Part shown: positions 1 to 9,747 of the stretch, piece after piece
Numbering within the stretch: the stretch's first letter is position 1
How the letters are laid out: every line of letters starts with the position of its first letter
DNA from: Gammaproteobacteria bacterium
GTDB lineage: Bacteria > Pseudomonadota > Gammaproteobacteria > Acidiferrobacterales > UBA6901
Direction: 5' to 3'
NCBI GenBank assembly: GCA_028068195.1
Contig: JAPTTX010000100.1
Location: forward strand, 35,838 to 99,837
Length of the DNA: 64,000 nt
Notes under the pieces: model-generated
The model's input: only the letters and a program-made list of their open reading frames with translations
The model's database searches: none
What the model was told of the DNA's origin: nothing
Position numbers and translations under genes: made by a program

Positions 1-356
1 ACGATAAAGGGGATCATGAAGCTTGCCGCATGGACCCACCGCCGCAGGAGGATCAGTCGATTACCCGATCCGATACGATCCGCAACCCGCCGCACCCAAC
101 ACTACTCGCTGCATGACCGCTACCTGTCTTCCAGACAGTGCGCGCGCAACGCCCGACACCACTGGGACCAGCGAAGCAAATCGCCCGACCTACGGCAATT
201 CCCGCGCGACGCCGGTCACAGCCCTGTCACGCGCCACGCCATCCATCGGTGCATGGAAGTCGACCGTCTGCTTTCTCTTTCATCACGTACGGTTGAAGCT
301 ACACTTTGCTCGGATGGCAGACACTGTGGGTGATGCCGCCCGCAGGGAAGAAATGC

Positions 357-830
357 ATGGGAGGAATTGTGACCAGACTCTTTGGGTCGCGTGGCAGGTA
401 TGGTATTGGTCTGGCCGGAGTCGGTGTGCTGTGTACGATACTGGCCGGCTGCGGAGGAGGCGGCGGCGCAGGCGGCGCGCCTTCCAGTCAGGCGGGTACC
501 GGCTCTTCTTCGATCATTGCAGGCGTCTCAGCGGCAACGCTGCAGTGGAATGCACCGAATCAGGATATGAGCGGCGCGTGCATAAACGTCGCGTCTTATC
601 AGATCCACTACGGCACGTCGTCAACCAACCTTACGCAAACCGCGACTGTGCCGGCCGGCACAGTGTCGTGCACGAACAGCGGCACCACAAATGCCTGCGG
701 TCCGATACAGAGCTGCACCTATCCCATCAAGAACCTGTCTTCCGGTACCTGGTATTTCGCCGTTCAGGTGACGGATGTGTCCGGGCAGCAAAGCGGCTAC
801 TCAAGCATCGCGCCTGATTCGATACCGTGA
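357..830 (+). CDS. Small predicted lipoprotein with a fibronectin-type-III-like beta-sandwich domain (function unknown)
   Basis: ORF 306..830. The Met at 357 gives a basic N-terminus, a hydrophobic core and the lipobox ILAG|C, followed by a Gly-rich linker. A beta-rich domain of about 110 aa follows (LQWNAPN...YQIHYG...GTWYFAVQVTDVSG). The start choice is inferred. Confidence 0.55.
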   Translation: MGGIVTRLFGSRGRYGIGLAGVGVLCTILAGCGGGGGAGGAPSSQAGTGSSSIIAGVSAATLQWNAPNQDMSGACINVASYQIHYGTSSTNLTQTATVPAGTVSCTNSGTTNACGPIQSCTYPIKNLSSGTWYFAVQVTDVSGQQSGYSSIAPDSIP

Positions 831-1066
831 CACTGCGGGCATCACTTCGGGCGCGCTCAGGCCGTGCAAACTATGGCGTGCGATGCGTGAATGAACATTC
901 GCCAGCGCACTGAATCCGAATTTTCGGGGCGATGTTTCGCCGGTTGAAACTTCGTCTGAACAGTGGTATTTGTTCCCGGACTGCGGGCCATATGGGTGAC
1001 AGTCATCCACTTGCCAGCCCGATGTCAGCCGGGTCCGGACCCAACGACTGAGAGGACCGACACGCT

Positions 1067-2233
1067 ATGTTAACCGCGGCAACCGTGCGCAGAACCTTCG
1101 CCTGGAATACGCTCGTCGCGCTGTGTCTGCTGAGCGCCAAGGCTGCTGCCACTCCCGTCATCACAGGAGTGAACGCTACCGGCGGCCTGGTCAACGGCGC
1201 ATCCCTCACGATCACGGGGTCGGGATTCGGGACCAAATCACCCGCCGCCCCCTACCTGTGGGCCGACTTCGGGCAGGGGAATCTCAATCCCTCGCCGCTC
1301 GGACAGGATCAAGCCTGGTCGAACATCCAGAACATGGTCTACAGCGCCACGGGAGGTCCGGACAACGGCCCGTACGCTGAGGGCGTGCCGCAATCCGGAT
1401 CCGGCGTTTACTGGACCCTGATGCTTTCGCCTCCCTACAATGCCGCGACAGGCACCTGGGGCTTCACCTGGAACGACCTCAGCGCAAGATATTACGTCTT
1501 CCGGAAAATGAAGAAGAATTTCACAACCGCGAACACGATCAACTGGAAGGACTTCCGCATGGGCGTGCAGGGCGCGGGCCTAGACTGGGCCTGGGGACCC
1601 TGGAACGGCAACGTCGTCGTGGAGAACCTGCCGACCGGAGTAAACGGGGAGTCCAACGCGTATGCCGCCACCTATGTCAACGGCGCCACTACCGGCACGC
1701 AGACAAGCCCGTCGCTCCTTGAGGGGCCGATCAACCAGTGGTTTTCGGACGAAATCGCCTACCAGGTCAATTCATGCTACACCTGCTCAAACGGGCAGAT
1801 GCAGTGGATTGTCAACGGGGCGCTGGTCGGACAGGAACCCATCAACATGGGCTGGACCAACTGGACGCTCCAGTTGCGGGACTCGGCATCCAACGAGAAC
1901 ATCACCACCATGTCCATCCAGGGGGTTGCGGACAATGACGCCGCGTTTCCGACCACCAACACGTTTGGCCTGGCCGACATCTATGTCGACAATACCTGGG
2001 CGCGCGTGATGATCGGAAATGCTCCGACTTGGGGCCAGAGCTCGATCCACGACATCGAGATCCCCACCGCCTGGTCCGATAATTCCATCACGGTGGTCCT
2101 GCACAACAATTCGCTCCCGAGCATCGGCGGCGCATACCTCTACGTCTTCGATGCGAACGGAAACGTCAACCAGAACGGCTATCCGCTCTGTTCGAACTGT
2201 CCGCAGACTATCAGCAGTCTGAAGGCCCAGTAA
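1067..2233 (+). CDS. Secreted IPT/TIG-domain protein with a central jelly-roll-like region; candidate glycan-binding protein or glycanase
   Basis: The ATG at 1067 is preceded by GAGGA. There is a signal peptide (LLSAKAAA|TP) and an N-terminal IPT/TIG-like segment PVITGVNATGG...LTITGSGFG. The middle is Trp/Asn/Gly-rich and ends ...DIYVDN. A second Ig-like segment sits at the C-terminus (IEIPTAWSDNSITVVLHNN...YLYVFDANG). An enzymatic role is inference only. Confidence 0.6.
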   Translation: MLTAATVRRTFAWNTLVALCLLSAKAAATPVITGVNATGGLVNGASLTITGSGFGTKSPAAPYLWADFGQGNLNPSPLGQDQAWSNIQNMVYSATGGPDNGPYAEGVPQSGSGVYWTLMLSPPYNAATGTWGFTWNDLSARYYVFRKMKKNFTTANTINWKDFRMGVQGAGLDWAWGPWNGNVVVENLPTGVNGESNAYAATYVNGATTGTQTSPSLLEGPINQWFSDEIAYQVNSCYTCSNGQMQWIVNGALVGQEPINMGWTNWTLQLRDSASNENITTMSIQGVADNDAAFPTTNTFGLADIYVDNTWARVMIGNAPTWGQSSIHDIEIPTAWSDNSITVVLHNNSLPSIGGAYLYVFDANGNVNQNGYPLCSNCPQTISSLKAQ

Positions 2234-3263
2234 CCCAGCGGCCCCAGTTTTTCGCGCGCCGCACCAGCCGCTTGGCCAGACGAACACAGTCTGCCGCTGT
2301 AGCGACGGGCAAGCCGCAGGCCCACGGAGACCAGGCGCCCAGCAGCCTTAGTACCGATGCCGCGAAGGAATGGCTCCGGGCCCATTCGAGAGCGGCATCG
2401 GCATCCTTGCGATACCGCCGTGCGGTCATGGTGTAAGGCGAAAGATCGCAGTACAGCCGTTCCAGCCGCGCCCTAAATCCGCTGTTTTTGGCAGCCCAGA
2501 TATTCCCCCAAGGTTTGGTAACTTGGCTGTGAATAAAAGGGCACATGCCCTTGACAAGGTGCGTCATGCGCTCGCGCACCGTGTACCCGTAAGGGCCGAA
2601 AAACTGGATGACTCCGGCACCGCGGTATAGAAACTGCACCGGAATCTTGGCGAACCGGGTGGTGCATAGGAGAGCCGTCAGGGCGTCCTGGTCCCCGTAC
2701 ATGTATGCCGGTCTCCGGTCCCACGGAAGGCGCTGCGCCTCCAGATATCGCGGGTCCTGCAGGCGCTCACGCCAGACTTCGAGCAGCTCCCGATGTTGCG
2801 CGGTGACCCGGACTACTCCGGTGTTTGCCGTAAAGGGGAGAGTTCTTCCGACATCGAAGCCCCACTGCCTTGCGCGCCAGGCGTTGCGGTCGTCGTGCCC
2901 TCCGTACAATGCCTCCTCGCACAGCACGATCACTTCGGGGTCCAGACCGATCAGGTTGCGCACGCCCGGCGCCGACACGATAATATCGGAATCGATCCAT
3001 ACGACTTCCTCATAACCCCTGTCCAGCATCGTCAGCAGGGCCTGCGGTTTCACGTTATAGCCGCGCAGACCTTCCAGGCGCTGGATGTTCAATATGACTC
3101 CCGGCCAGCTCTCGATCCAGCTTCTCAGCCGATCATCATCTTTGGCAAACGGGCAAAATATCTCGACCCGGGCATCGGGCATCTGGCGCTTGAGCGATGC
3201 TACGAGCAGTCGCAACGGTTCCTGCTCGGATACCCGATCCTCGGCAATGCAAAATGCCTGCAT
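2211..3263 (-). CDS. GT-A fold glycosyltransferase, GT8-like
   Basis: ORF 2211..3323. The ATG at 3263 is preceded by GGGAGGAGAA. GT8-like motifs are present: VVWIDSDIIV (DxD), NTGVVRV, GDQDALTALL, FIHSQVTKPW. The 3' end overlaps the convergent gene by 23 nt. Confidence 0.65.
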   Translation of the reverse strand: MQAFCIAEDRVSEQEPLRLLVASLKRQMPDARVEIFCPFAKDDDRLRSWIESWPGVILNIQRLEGLRGYNVKPQALLTMLDRGYEEVVWIDSDIIVSAPGVRNLIGLDPEVIVLCEEALYGGHDDRNAWRARQWGFDVGRTLPFTANTGVVRVTAQHRELLEVWRERLQDPRYLEAQRLPWDRRPAYMYGDQDALTALLCTTRFAKIPVQFLYRGAGVIQFFGPYGYTVRERMTHLVKGMCPFIHSQVTKPWGNIWAAKNSGFRARLERLYCDLSPYTMTARRYRKDADAALEWARSHSFAASVLRLLGAWSPWACGLPVATAADCVRLAKRLVRRAKNWGRWVTGPSDC

Positions 3264-3401
3264 TTCTCCTCCCACTGACCGTTGCAGTCCAGTACCCGGC
3301 GTGACACTTGTCTGCGCCCGCATCCGTTGCCCCGGGAATTGGACACCCGGATCGCCCGCTCACCCCAGCCGGCCGGTCCCCTGGCAGCCACGAAGCCGGT
3401 A

Positions 3402-3428
3402 GCGGTTCTGCTCCCATGGCAGAACCGC
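3402..3428. promoter_or_regulatory. Perfect 10-bp inverted repeat with a 7-nt loop, in the spacer between the GT4-like and GT8-like genes
   Basis: GCGGTTCTGC-tcccatg-GCAGAACCGC. No U-tract follows on either strand, so it is not a canonical intrinsic terminator. Confidence 0.3.
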
Positions 3429-3681
3429 CCGCGCATGCGTCACGTCAAAAGCCCCTTTTTTCCCGCGCGCGCCAGATTTCCGTCCACGCTCGATCCGCAT
3501 CCGGACCGCGGGGGCTCTGCATCGCGACGGCGGGTCGTTTCCGGAAAACCATCCCGAACATCCGTCACCAGGGATCTGCGGCGGTCACAACCGGAGGCCA
3601 CCCACCCCGCGGCCAGCGCCTTGCCCGCCGAATCCGCGTGACGGCTGCGGCTGGTCCGCTGCCGGAGCCGTCGATCCGGGA

Positions 3682-4755
3682 CTAGCCATCCGACCTTCCA
3701 TCGACGTAGGCGCATGTGCCCTGCAGAATGTCCCTGGCCAGCCGCTCCACCCCGCCGAGCGAAAGGGCATAATCCTGCCCTCTCCTGGCGAGCCCTTCGC
3801 GGTACTCAGGATCGCTCCATAATCTCCAGATAGCCTGATGCATTGCCGCCGGATCCTCTGCCGGTACGATTTCCGCCTCCGCTCCCGTCAGCACTCCCCG
3901 GGTCGACACACCTTCCGTGATCACCACCGGCTTGCCGATCGCCATGGCTTCGAGGCTCGCGCTGATACCGGCTGCCTGGATCGCCTGCTTCTGTATTGGA
4001 ATTACGACCACGCGCGCGTTCGCGATGATCTGATTCCAGGAATTCCGGTCGAAGTCATGTCTGATGACCTGCACGTTGGATGGCAACCTTGCTTCTTCCA
4101 GATCGGTATTGTGGAATACCGCAACACCTTTGCCAGGCAGCATGATCTTCGCCGGCACCTTCATCCTGCCCACCGCCTCAACGAATGTCCGGTAATCCCG
4201 CAGGCTCGCCCCGCACGCAAGCACGTATCCTTCATCCCTCGACACATACTTGAGCCTGTCGTGGAAGTTGTTTGCCTTGAATGGGATGTAGACGAACTTG
4301 GCGGCATCAATCCCGTAGTACTTCTGGTATCCGCTGGTATCCTTGTGGACGCAGAAGAACCGATCGACGCCCGTAAAGAGCGCCTGCTTGATCCTGCTCT
4401 TACAGATGCCTGTCAGTCCCACGGGACGCTGCAGCAACGCATCAAAAAAGATGATCGCTGTCTTGCGGCGCAGGAGCCACTTCGCTGCAAACGCCACAAT
4501 GGCCTCGTCTATATCCGGATTGAATGCGATGAACGCGTCATACCGCTTCAGTCCTTTCAGAACGCGTATGGCTTGGGCCACGCGCCCCCATTTTCCAGAC
4601 GGCGGCATCGGAAGGATGTCCAGCTCAATCTCGTCTGGAAAACAGTTGACGAGTTTCGCATTCGACAGGAACCTGCGTTTACGTCCGGATTTCAGCGCCG
4701 AACATGCCTGTTCCTCGTCTCCGCGCCTCTGCACAGCTGCATTCTCTGGCAACAC
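3682..4755 (-). CDS. GT-B fold glycosyltransferase (GT1/GT4-like)
   Basis: The C-terminal domain carries ...AGISASLEAMAIGKPVVITEGVSTRG..., typical of GT4. A GTG start lies 16 nt after the upstream stop and has the SD GAGGGAGAG. Confidence 0.7.
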   Translation of the reverse strand: MLPENAAVQRRGDEEQACSALKSGRKRRFLSNAKLVNCFPDEIELDILPMPPSGKWGRVAQAIRVLKGLKRYDAFIAFNPDIDEAIVAFAAKWLLRRKTAIIFFDALLQRPVGLTGICKSRIKQALFTGVDRFFCVHKDTSGYQKYYGIDAAKFVYIPFKANNFHDRLKYVSRDEGYVLACGASLRDYRTFVEAVGRMKVPAKIMLPGKGVAVFHNTDLEEARLPSNVQVIRHDFDRNSWNQIIANARVVVIPIQKQAIQAAGISASLEAMAIGKPVVITEGVSTRGVLTGAEAEIVPAEDPAAMHQAIWRLWSDPEYREGLARRGQDYALSLGGVERLARDILQGTCAYVDGRSDG

Positions 4756-4771
4756 GCCGGTTCGCTCTCCC

Positions 4772-6148
4772 TCAGGCCGGAAGATTGGAAATGGAGAACC
4801 TGTATTTGCCCGAATTCTCTGACGGTATCATGTCTCGGAACTCGGTCTGTATTTCCATCTCCGCCCCGAGAAATTCCCGTACCCTGTCCTGCAGGACCTC
4901 CATGGTCCGAGACGACCAGGCTTCTCCTCTTACCAGATTTATGACGACTTTCCGCGCCTCGTTTTGCACGAACTGTATCTGTCGTATTCCCGGGAGATTC
5001 GTGATCACATACGTTGCCACCACGATGCCGGACACCTTCTTTCCGTCGGTCCTGGCGAGAAAGTCCGTTACCCTGCCGCCCGAGAGCTGCAAAAGAGGAA
5101 GTCCGCGACCGCAGGCGCAGCTGTGACTCCTGATCCGCCCCACGTCCCGAATGCGGTAGCGTATCAGGGGCATGGCGAAATTCCCGAGGTCGGTGATCAC
5201 GATCTCCCCGTCCTCCTCCTGGCACGACGACCCGCCGGCAACCACTTCGACAAGAAGATTCTCGGCATTGATATGCATACCGTCGTGCCGGTCGCATTCC
5301 GAGGCGATTACCGCGAATTCACGGCAGCCGTACCGGTTGTACACCCGGCAACCCAGGGTGTCTTCGATAAGCTTTCGGTTCTCATCGGTCAGGACCTCGG
5401 CGGAACATACCGCAGTCGTCGGCGATACGTCATGGATTCCTTTCTCGCGCACGTATCGCGCAAAAAGCCCCAGCGTATTCGCATAGGCGAGCAGCACCTT
5501 TGGACGATATTTCGCAAGCTGGTCAGCGAATCTGGCCATTGCGTCATCGTCCAGCAGCGCCGCATCCAGCGTCAGTCGCCGGTCAAGAATCCAGTCTCTC
5601 ACCCTGTCTCTCAGCTTGCCGGTGCTCTGGGTGTCGCGCGGAGCCCCCCACAGGATCGCGGCCCGGTCACCGATATCCCAGCCGGCCCAGCGGTTGTGCC
5701 GCAGGGTGGCGGCGGCCCGGGTGTCCAGCCGGTCATTGTCGTAATAGAAAACCATCGGGCTGCCAGTGGATCCTCCCGTCATGTCCTTTATCAATCCCTC
5801 TGGCCGGTACTGCTCCGAAACAAACCGGTCCCTGTGTTCCTGAATCTCCTCCTTGGTGACGGTAGGCACCCGGTTGATATCCTCGGGCGTACGCAGATCC
5901 TCCGGAACGAGTCCTGCCCGGCGATAGGCCTCGCGGTAATAGCTGCAGGTCATATGCGCATGGGCAACGATCTTTCTGAAGCGCACCCACTGCTGCTCCA
6001 GCAGCCGCTCCCGCGGCCAGAACTGGCTCTTTTCCAGATCCGCGAGATACCGCAGACGGTGGCTCCCGTTCTTGAGCTCCCACGCCGGATAGAGCAGATG
6101 CTTGATCAGGATGCTTGCCGCATCCCTGTGGCTCCCGGAACTGGTCAT
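4772..6148 (-). CDS. Adenylate-forming enzyme, phenylacetate-CoA ligase / CapK / F390-synthetase-like (paralog 1)
   Basis: Motif MTGGSTGSP is present, with a PaaK/CapK-like N-terminus (YYREAYRRAGL...) and a C-terminal CACGRGLPLL segment. I prefer the ATG at 6148 (SD GGGAGGG, 6 nt spacing) over the ORF start at 6181. Confidence 0.8.
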   Translation of the reverse strand: MTSSGSHRDAASILIKHLLYPAWELKNGSHRLRYLADLEKSQFWPRERLLEQQWVRFRKIVAHAHMTCSYYREAYRRAGLVPEDLRTPEDINRVPTVTKEEIQEHRDRFVSEQYRPEGLIKDMTGGSTGSPMVFYYDNDRLDTRAAATLRHNRWAGWDIGDRAAILWGAPRDTQSTGKLRDRVRDWILDRRLTLDAALLDDDAMARFADQLAKYRPKVLLAYANTLGLFARYVREKGIHDVSPTTAVCSAEVLTDENRKLIEDTLGCRVYNRYGCREFAVIASECDRHDGMHINAENLLVEVVAGGSSCQEEDGEIVITDLGNFAMPLIRYRIRDVGRIRSHSCACGRGLPLLQLSGGRVTDFLARTDGKKVSGIVVATYVITNLPGIRQIQFVQNEARKVVINLVRGEAWSSRTMEVLQDRVREFLGAEMEIQTEFRDMIPSENSGKYRFSISNLPA

Positions 6149-6612
6149 TCTGCACCCTCCCACCTCTGATTGCGCCGACATGCCGCGGACTGCTCACGCC
6201 GACAGGCCCGCCCTTCCTGAACCGCTGCAGGAGCGGTCACTTCCGGAACGGCGGCGATTCCCGATCCGTCGGCGCCCACCCGCGGCGTCCGGAATTCCGC
6301 CCGACGCACCGGCTGCGCCATGGCTTGCCATATCGCCTCGCACGCGGTCGATCGAGGCTGGCCCGGCCGATCCGTCGTTTGACCGCGATCTTCAGGTCCT
6401 TGGACTTAAAAAGGGGCGATCGTACCACTTGCTCGGACCGCCGCATGCACGCACCGCCAAGACGACTCTGCTCCAATCCGGCGCACGCTGGTCCGGCCCG
6501 ATCCACGGAATGTTCCCATTGGAAATGTCGTCGAACCCGTTACGGCCCTTGCAACCGGTACGGATTCCGCTCCCGGCAACGGCCGACGTTCCTGCGTCCG
6601 GCCGGATTCTCG

Positions 6613-7605
6613 TCAGATGCGGATCTGCCTTCCGAACAGGCGCTTGCGGACCATATAGAGGAGGCGCGGCCGGTTTCGATTGATCGTAGCTATTATTTCC
6701 CGCGTCCTCGGTACCATCACCGTCCTCTCCCCGAATGCCCGCCGCAGGCCGCCGACGCCATCAGCCACCCCTTTCGCCCAGTAGCGCAGGTAGCCGTCAC
6801 GCACTGAATACACGAACATTGCCGCCAGTCCGCGCGCGAGGACTCTCAGGCCGCTCCACAGGGGGTAATTCCGGGCGACGAGCCAGAACAGATTCCTCGT
6901 GTCGAAGTAATAGTTTCGCCATGGCGTGCGCCCCTCGGATGCAGGCGCATGCCTGACCACGATCTGTGGCTGATAGACCACCTCGTAGCCGGCGTTCATG
7001 ATCCTGATGGCCAGATCCGGCCCCTCGTGACTGATAAAGAAGGATCCGGGGTACAGCCCCGACAGGTCCAGCGTGGCGCGCCTGAAAGCGACCGCCCCCT
7101 CTGTGATCTCGTCCGTGACGAAGACTTCATTCTCGAAGCGCTCCACCGCATAGTGGTGGACCCAGTTGATCACTTCGCCTGAGGCGGCATCGACCACCTT
7201 GAAGCAGATGCCTCCGAGACGCGGCTGTTCCTCGAACATATTTCTGATCAGAACGATGTCTTCGTCTCCGATTCCCACGACATCATCGTCCAGCGTGATC
7301 ACGTACCGGCCACGACACATGCGCAGACCGACGTTGCGACCCTCGATCCCGAGGTTGGCTCCTGGCCGGACATGCTGGACCCATGGAAAATCCGCCGCCA
7401 TCATGGCGGGCGTCGCCTCGTCAGATCCGTTGTCCACGACCACTGTCTCCACGGACGTGTCGGCAAGCGATACACGCAGGTGATCGAGAAGATTGCGAAG
7501 CGCCTGTGGCCTGTTATAGGTCAGAATTACAATCGAGATGACCGGCGTCGCGTCATCCTCCCCTGCCTGGGCCACTGATGCCATTCCCGCCTCGCTCTTG
7601 TCCAT
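6613..7605 (-). CDS. Family 2 glycosyltransferase
   Basis: VISIVILTYNRP...VVVDNGSDE...ITLDDDV (the DxD region of a GT2). An alternative start at 7584 has a better SD (GAGGCGGGA). Confidence 0.8.
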   Translation of the reverse strand: MDKSEAGMASVAQAGEDDATPVISIVILTYNRPQALRNLLDHLRVSLADTSVETVVVDNGSDEATPAMMAADFPWVQHVRPGANLGIEGRNVGLRMCRGRYVITLDDDVVGIGDEDIVLIRNMFEEQPRLGGICFKVVDAASGEVINWVHHYAVERFENEVFVTDEITEGAVAFRRATLDLSGLYPGSFFISHEGPDLAIRIMNAGYEVVYQPQIVVRHAPASEGRTPWRNYYFDTRNLFWLVARNYPLWSGLRVLARGLAAMFVYSVRDGYLRYWAKGVADGVGGLRRAFGERTVMVPRTREIIATINRNRPRLLYMVRKRLFGRQIRI

Positions 7606-7714
7606 TGCTCAGACACCCCGTCGATACATCGGTCGGCAGGGACGCGTTGCGCTCCAGGCCGGACAGCTTATCCGGCTGAGGTCCGGCGCTCCGCAGCCGA
7701 TGCGGCCTACCGAT

Positions 7715-9613
7715 CTATCGGGAACAGTAATGCCGCTCATACCAGTGCCCGAACATCATGAGGGAAAAGAGCAGCTTGTTGTTCTTGCTCCGCCCGCTCT
7801 GGTGCTCCGCAAGCGCCGCATCGACATATTCCGCGTTGAATATCCCGGTCTTGCCCAGCCTCCCCGGCCCCAGGACTTCCTTAGCGTAGCCCGCCAGATC
7901 CCGACGCAGCCACGCTGCCATGGGGGATTCGAATCCCTGCTTCCGGTGTCCCATGACGGAATCCGGCAGCCGGTTTCCTGCAATGCGACGAAGCAGGATT
8001 TTCTTCTTGCGCCAGTTGAGCTTGTATCGCGTCGGCAACCGCGCGCTAAGCTCCACCAGCTCGTGGTCCACAAGGGGCACACGCACCTCGAGTGAATGCC
8101 ACATGCTCAGTCTGTCAGAAAGCGCCAGGATATCCTCGGGCAGATAGGTCTTCATGTCCGCGTAGAGCGCCCTGCTGAGATCATCCGCAGCGTCACAGCG
8201 TCTGTAGGGTTCGGTGACGATGGCCCCGGTCGCATCGAAATCGATCCCGGCCGCGACATCCGGCGCGTACAGCCGGCGACGGGCCTGCGGCCCAATCGTG
8301 GAGACGAAACCAAGATAGCGCTCTGCCGGATCCTTGAGCGCAGCATCCGCAAAGCGCTTGATGTGATTGATGCGGTCTCCGCCCGTTCCCGGCTCGGGGA
8401 GCCTTCGTACCAGGGGCTGAACAAGCCTACGATGCAGGAACTGCGGCACCATACGTCCATAGGCCTCACCCAGCACGACTCCGGTGTATCGTTCATAGCC
8501 TCCGAAAAGCTCATCGCCGCCGAGACCGGAAATGGCCACCTTCACGTGCTGCCGGGTGAACTGTGAAACGTAGTAGCTCGGAATGACGGAATCGTCTGCG
8601 AACGGCTCGTCGAAGGCGTCTACGATTTCCCCGACGATTTCACGGAAACCGGGCTCCACACGGTAATCCCTGAACTGGCAACCGTATCGTTCCGCCACCT
8701 CTCTTGCCAGAGGGCCCTCAGGAACGAGGGCATTTCGCCCGCCGCCGAATTCCACCGTAAACGTCTGCACCGGATCGCTCAGCATACCGCTCATGAGAGC
8801 AACCAGAAGACTGCTGTCGATCCCGCCAGACAGGAACGCCCCGACGGGAACGTCGCTGACCAGATGCGACTCGACCGCGCTCTTGATCGCAGAATCGAAC
8901 TGTTCGGTCCACTGACGCTCGTCCGGCGCCTGGTCGGGCGCTGTGAAATCCACATCCCAGTACGCGCGCTTGGTCGCCTGCCCGTTCTCGTACACGAGCA
9001 GATGGCCCGGTTCCAGTTTCCGCACCGCGCGGTAAATCGTCAGCGGGGCGGGAATGTATGTGAACGCAATGAATGCGTCGAGCGCCTGGTGGTCGAGGTC
9101 TGCCTCGATCCGGCCGGACGCGAGAATGGCCTTGATCTCGGAACCGAACAGCAGCCCTCCCCCGGCCTGCGCATAGAAGAGCGGCTTGATCCCCAGCCGG
9201 TCCCTGGCGATAAGGCCACGTTGGCGTGTTTCGTCCCAGAGGGAAAACGCAAACATCCCCCGCAGATGCTGCACCAGACCGTCACCGTATTCCTCGTAGA
9301 GGTGAACGATGACCTCCGTATCTCCGTCGGTGGCAAACCGGTGCCCGCGCCGCTGCAGCTCGGCACGCAAGGCGCGGTAGTTGTAGATCTCGCCGTTGAA
9401 GACGACCCAGACCGTACGGTCTTCATTGTGAATGGGCTGCGTTCCACCTGCCAGATCGATGATGCTGAGCCGCCGCATCGCCATGGCAACGCCGGCAGAC
9501 CGGTACATGCCGCCCTCGTCGGGACCCCGGCGCACGAGTGTCTGATTCATGCGCACCAGAATTTCCTCCGAAACGGGCCGATCTCCCCCGAAACACCCGC
9601 AAATTCCGCACAC
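7715..9613 (-). CDS. Asparagine synthase (glutamine-hydrolysing)-like amidotransferase, EPS-locus type
   Basis: The N-terminus (M)CGICG supplies the catalytic Cys2 of a class-II glutamine amidotransferase, which forces the GTG at 9613 as the start. SGGIDSS is the PP-loop of the synthetase domain. At 632 aa it matches the size of exosortase-A-locus amidotransferases as I recall them. Confidence 0.9.
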   Translation of the reverse strand: MCGICGCFGGDRPVSEEILVRMNQTLVRRGPDEGGMYRSAGVAMAMRRLSIIDLAGGTQPIHNEDRTVWVVFNGEIYNYRALRAELQRRGHRFATDGDTEVIVHLYEEYGDGLVQHLRGMFAFSLWDETRQRGLIARDRLGIKPLFYAQAGGGLLFGSEIKAILASGRIEADLDHQALDAFIAFTYIPAPLTIYRAVRKLEPGHLLVYENGQATKRAYWDVDFTAPDQAPDERQWTEQFDSAIKSAVESHLVSDVPVGAFLSGGIDSSLLVALMSGMLSDPVQTFTVEFGGGRNALVPEGPLAREVAERYGCQFRDYRVEPGFREIVGEIVDAFDEPFADDSVIPSYYVSQFTRQHVKVAISGLGGDELFGGYERYTGVVLGEAYGRMVPQFLHRRLVQPLVRRLPEPGTGGDRINHIKRFADAALKDPAERYLGFVSTIGPQARRRLYAPDVAAGIDFDATGAIVTEPYRRCDAADDLSRALYADMKTYLPEDILALSDRLSMWHSLEVRVPLVDHELVELSARLPTRYKLNWRKKKILLRRIAGNRLPDSVMGHRKQGFESPMAAWLRRDLAGYAKEVLGPGRLGKTGIFNAEYVDAALAEHQSGRSKNNKLLFSLMMFGHWYERHYCSR

Positions 9614-9747
9614 CGCCCTATTCCGTCCCCTCAGGTCCCGCTGCCATCTCTATCACCGCATGCTCCGGCATGCCCCGCCACAGCCCTCGCTCCGATGGTC
9701 CCGCCCCGCGGGCATGCCATGCGCGCCGGTCACCGTTCCGGCGGCCG

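Noticed and set aside
16-817. ORFs 16..333 and 23..817 at the left edge of the window.
   Set aside because: Both are Arg/His/Pro-rich with no recognisable domain or signal. ORF 23..817 overlaps, out of frame, the lipoprotein gene that has a clean lipobox. The first 300 nt or so are best treated as unassigned or noncoding.
6237-6506. An 89-aa minus-strand ORF in the 464-bp spacer; its GC3 counted by hand is about 75 percent.
   Set aside because: The sequence is extremely basic and Arg-rich (…RRIGRASLDRPRARRYGKPWRSRCVGRNSGRRGW…), has no SD and no recognisable fold. Arg-rich frames are the usual artefact of noncoding GC-rich DNA.
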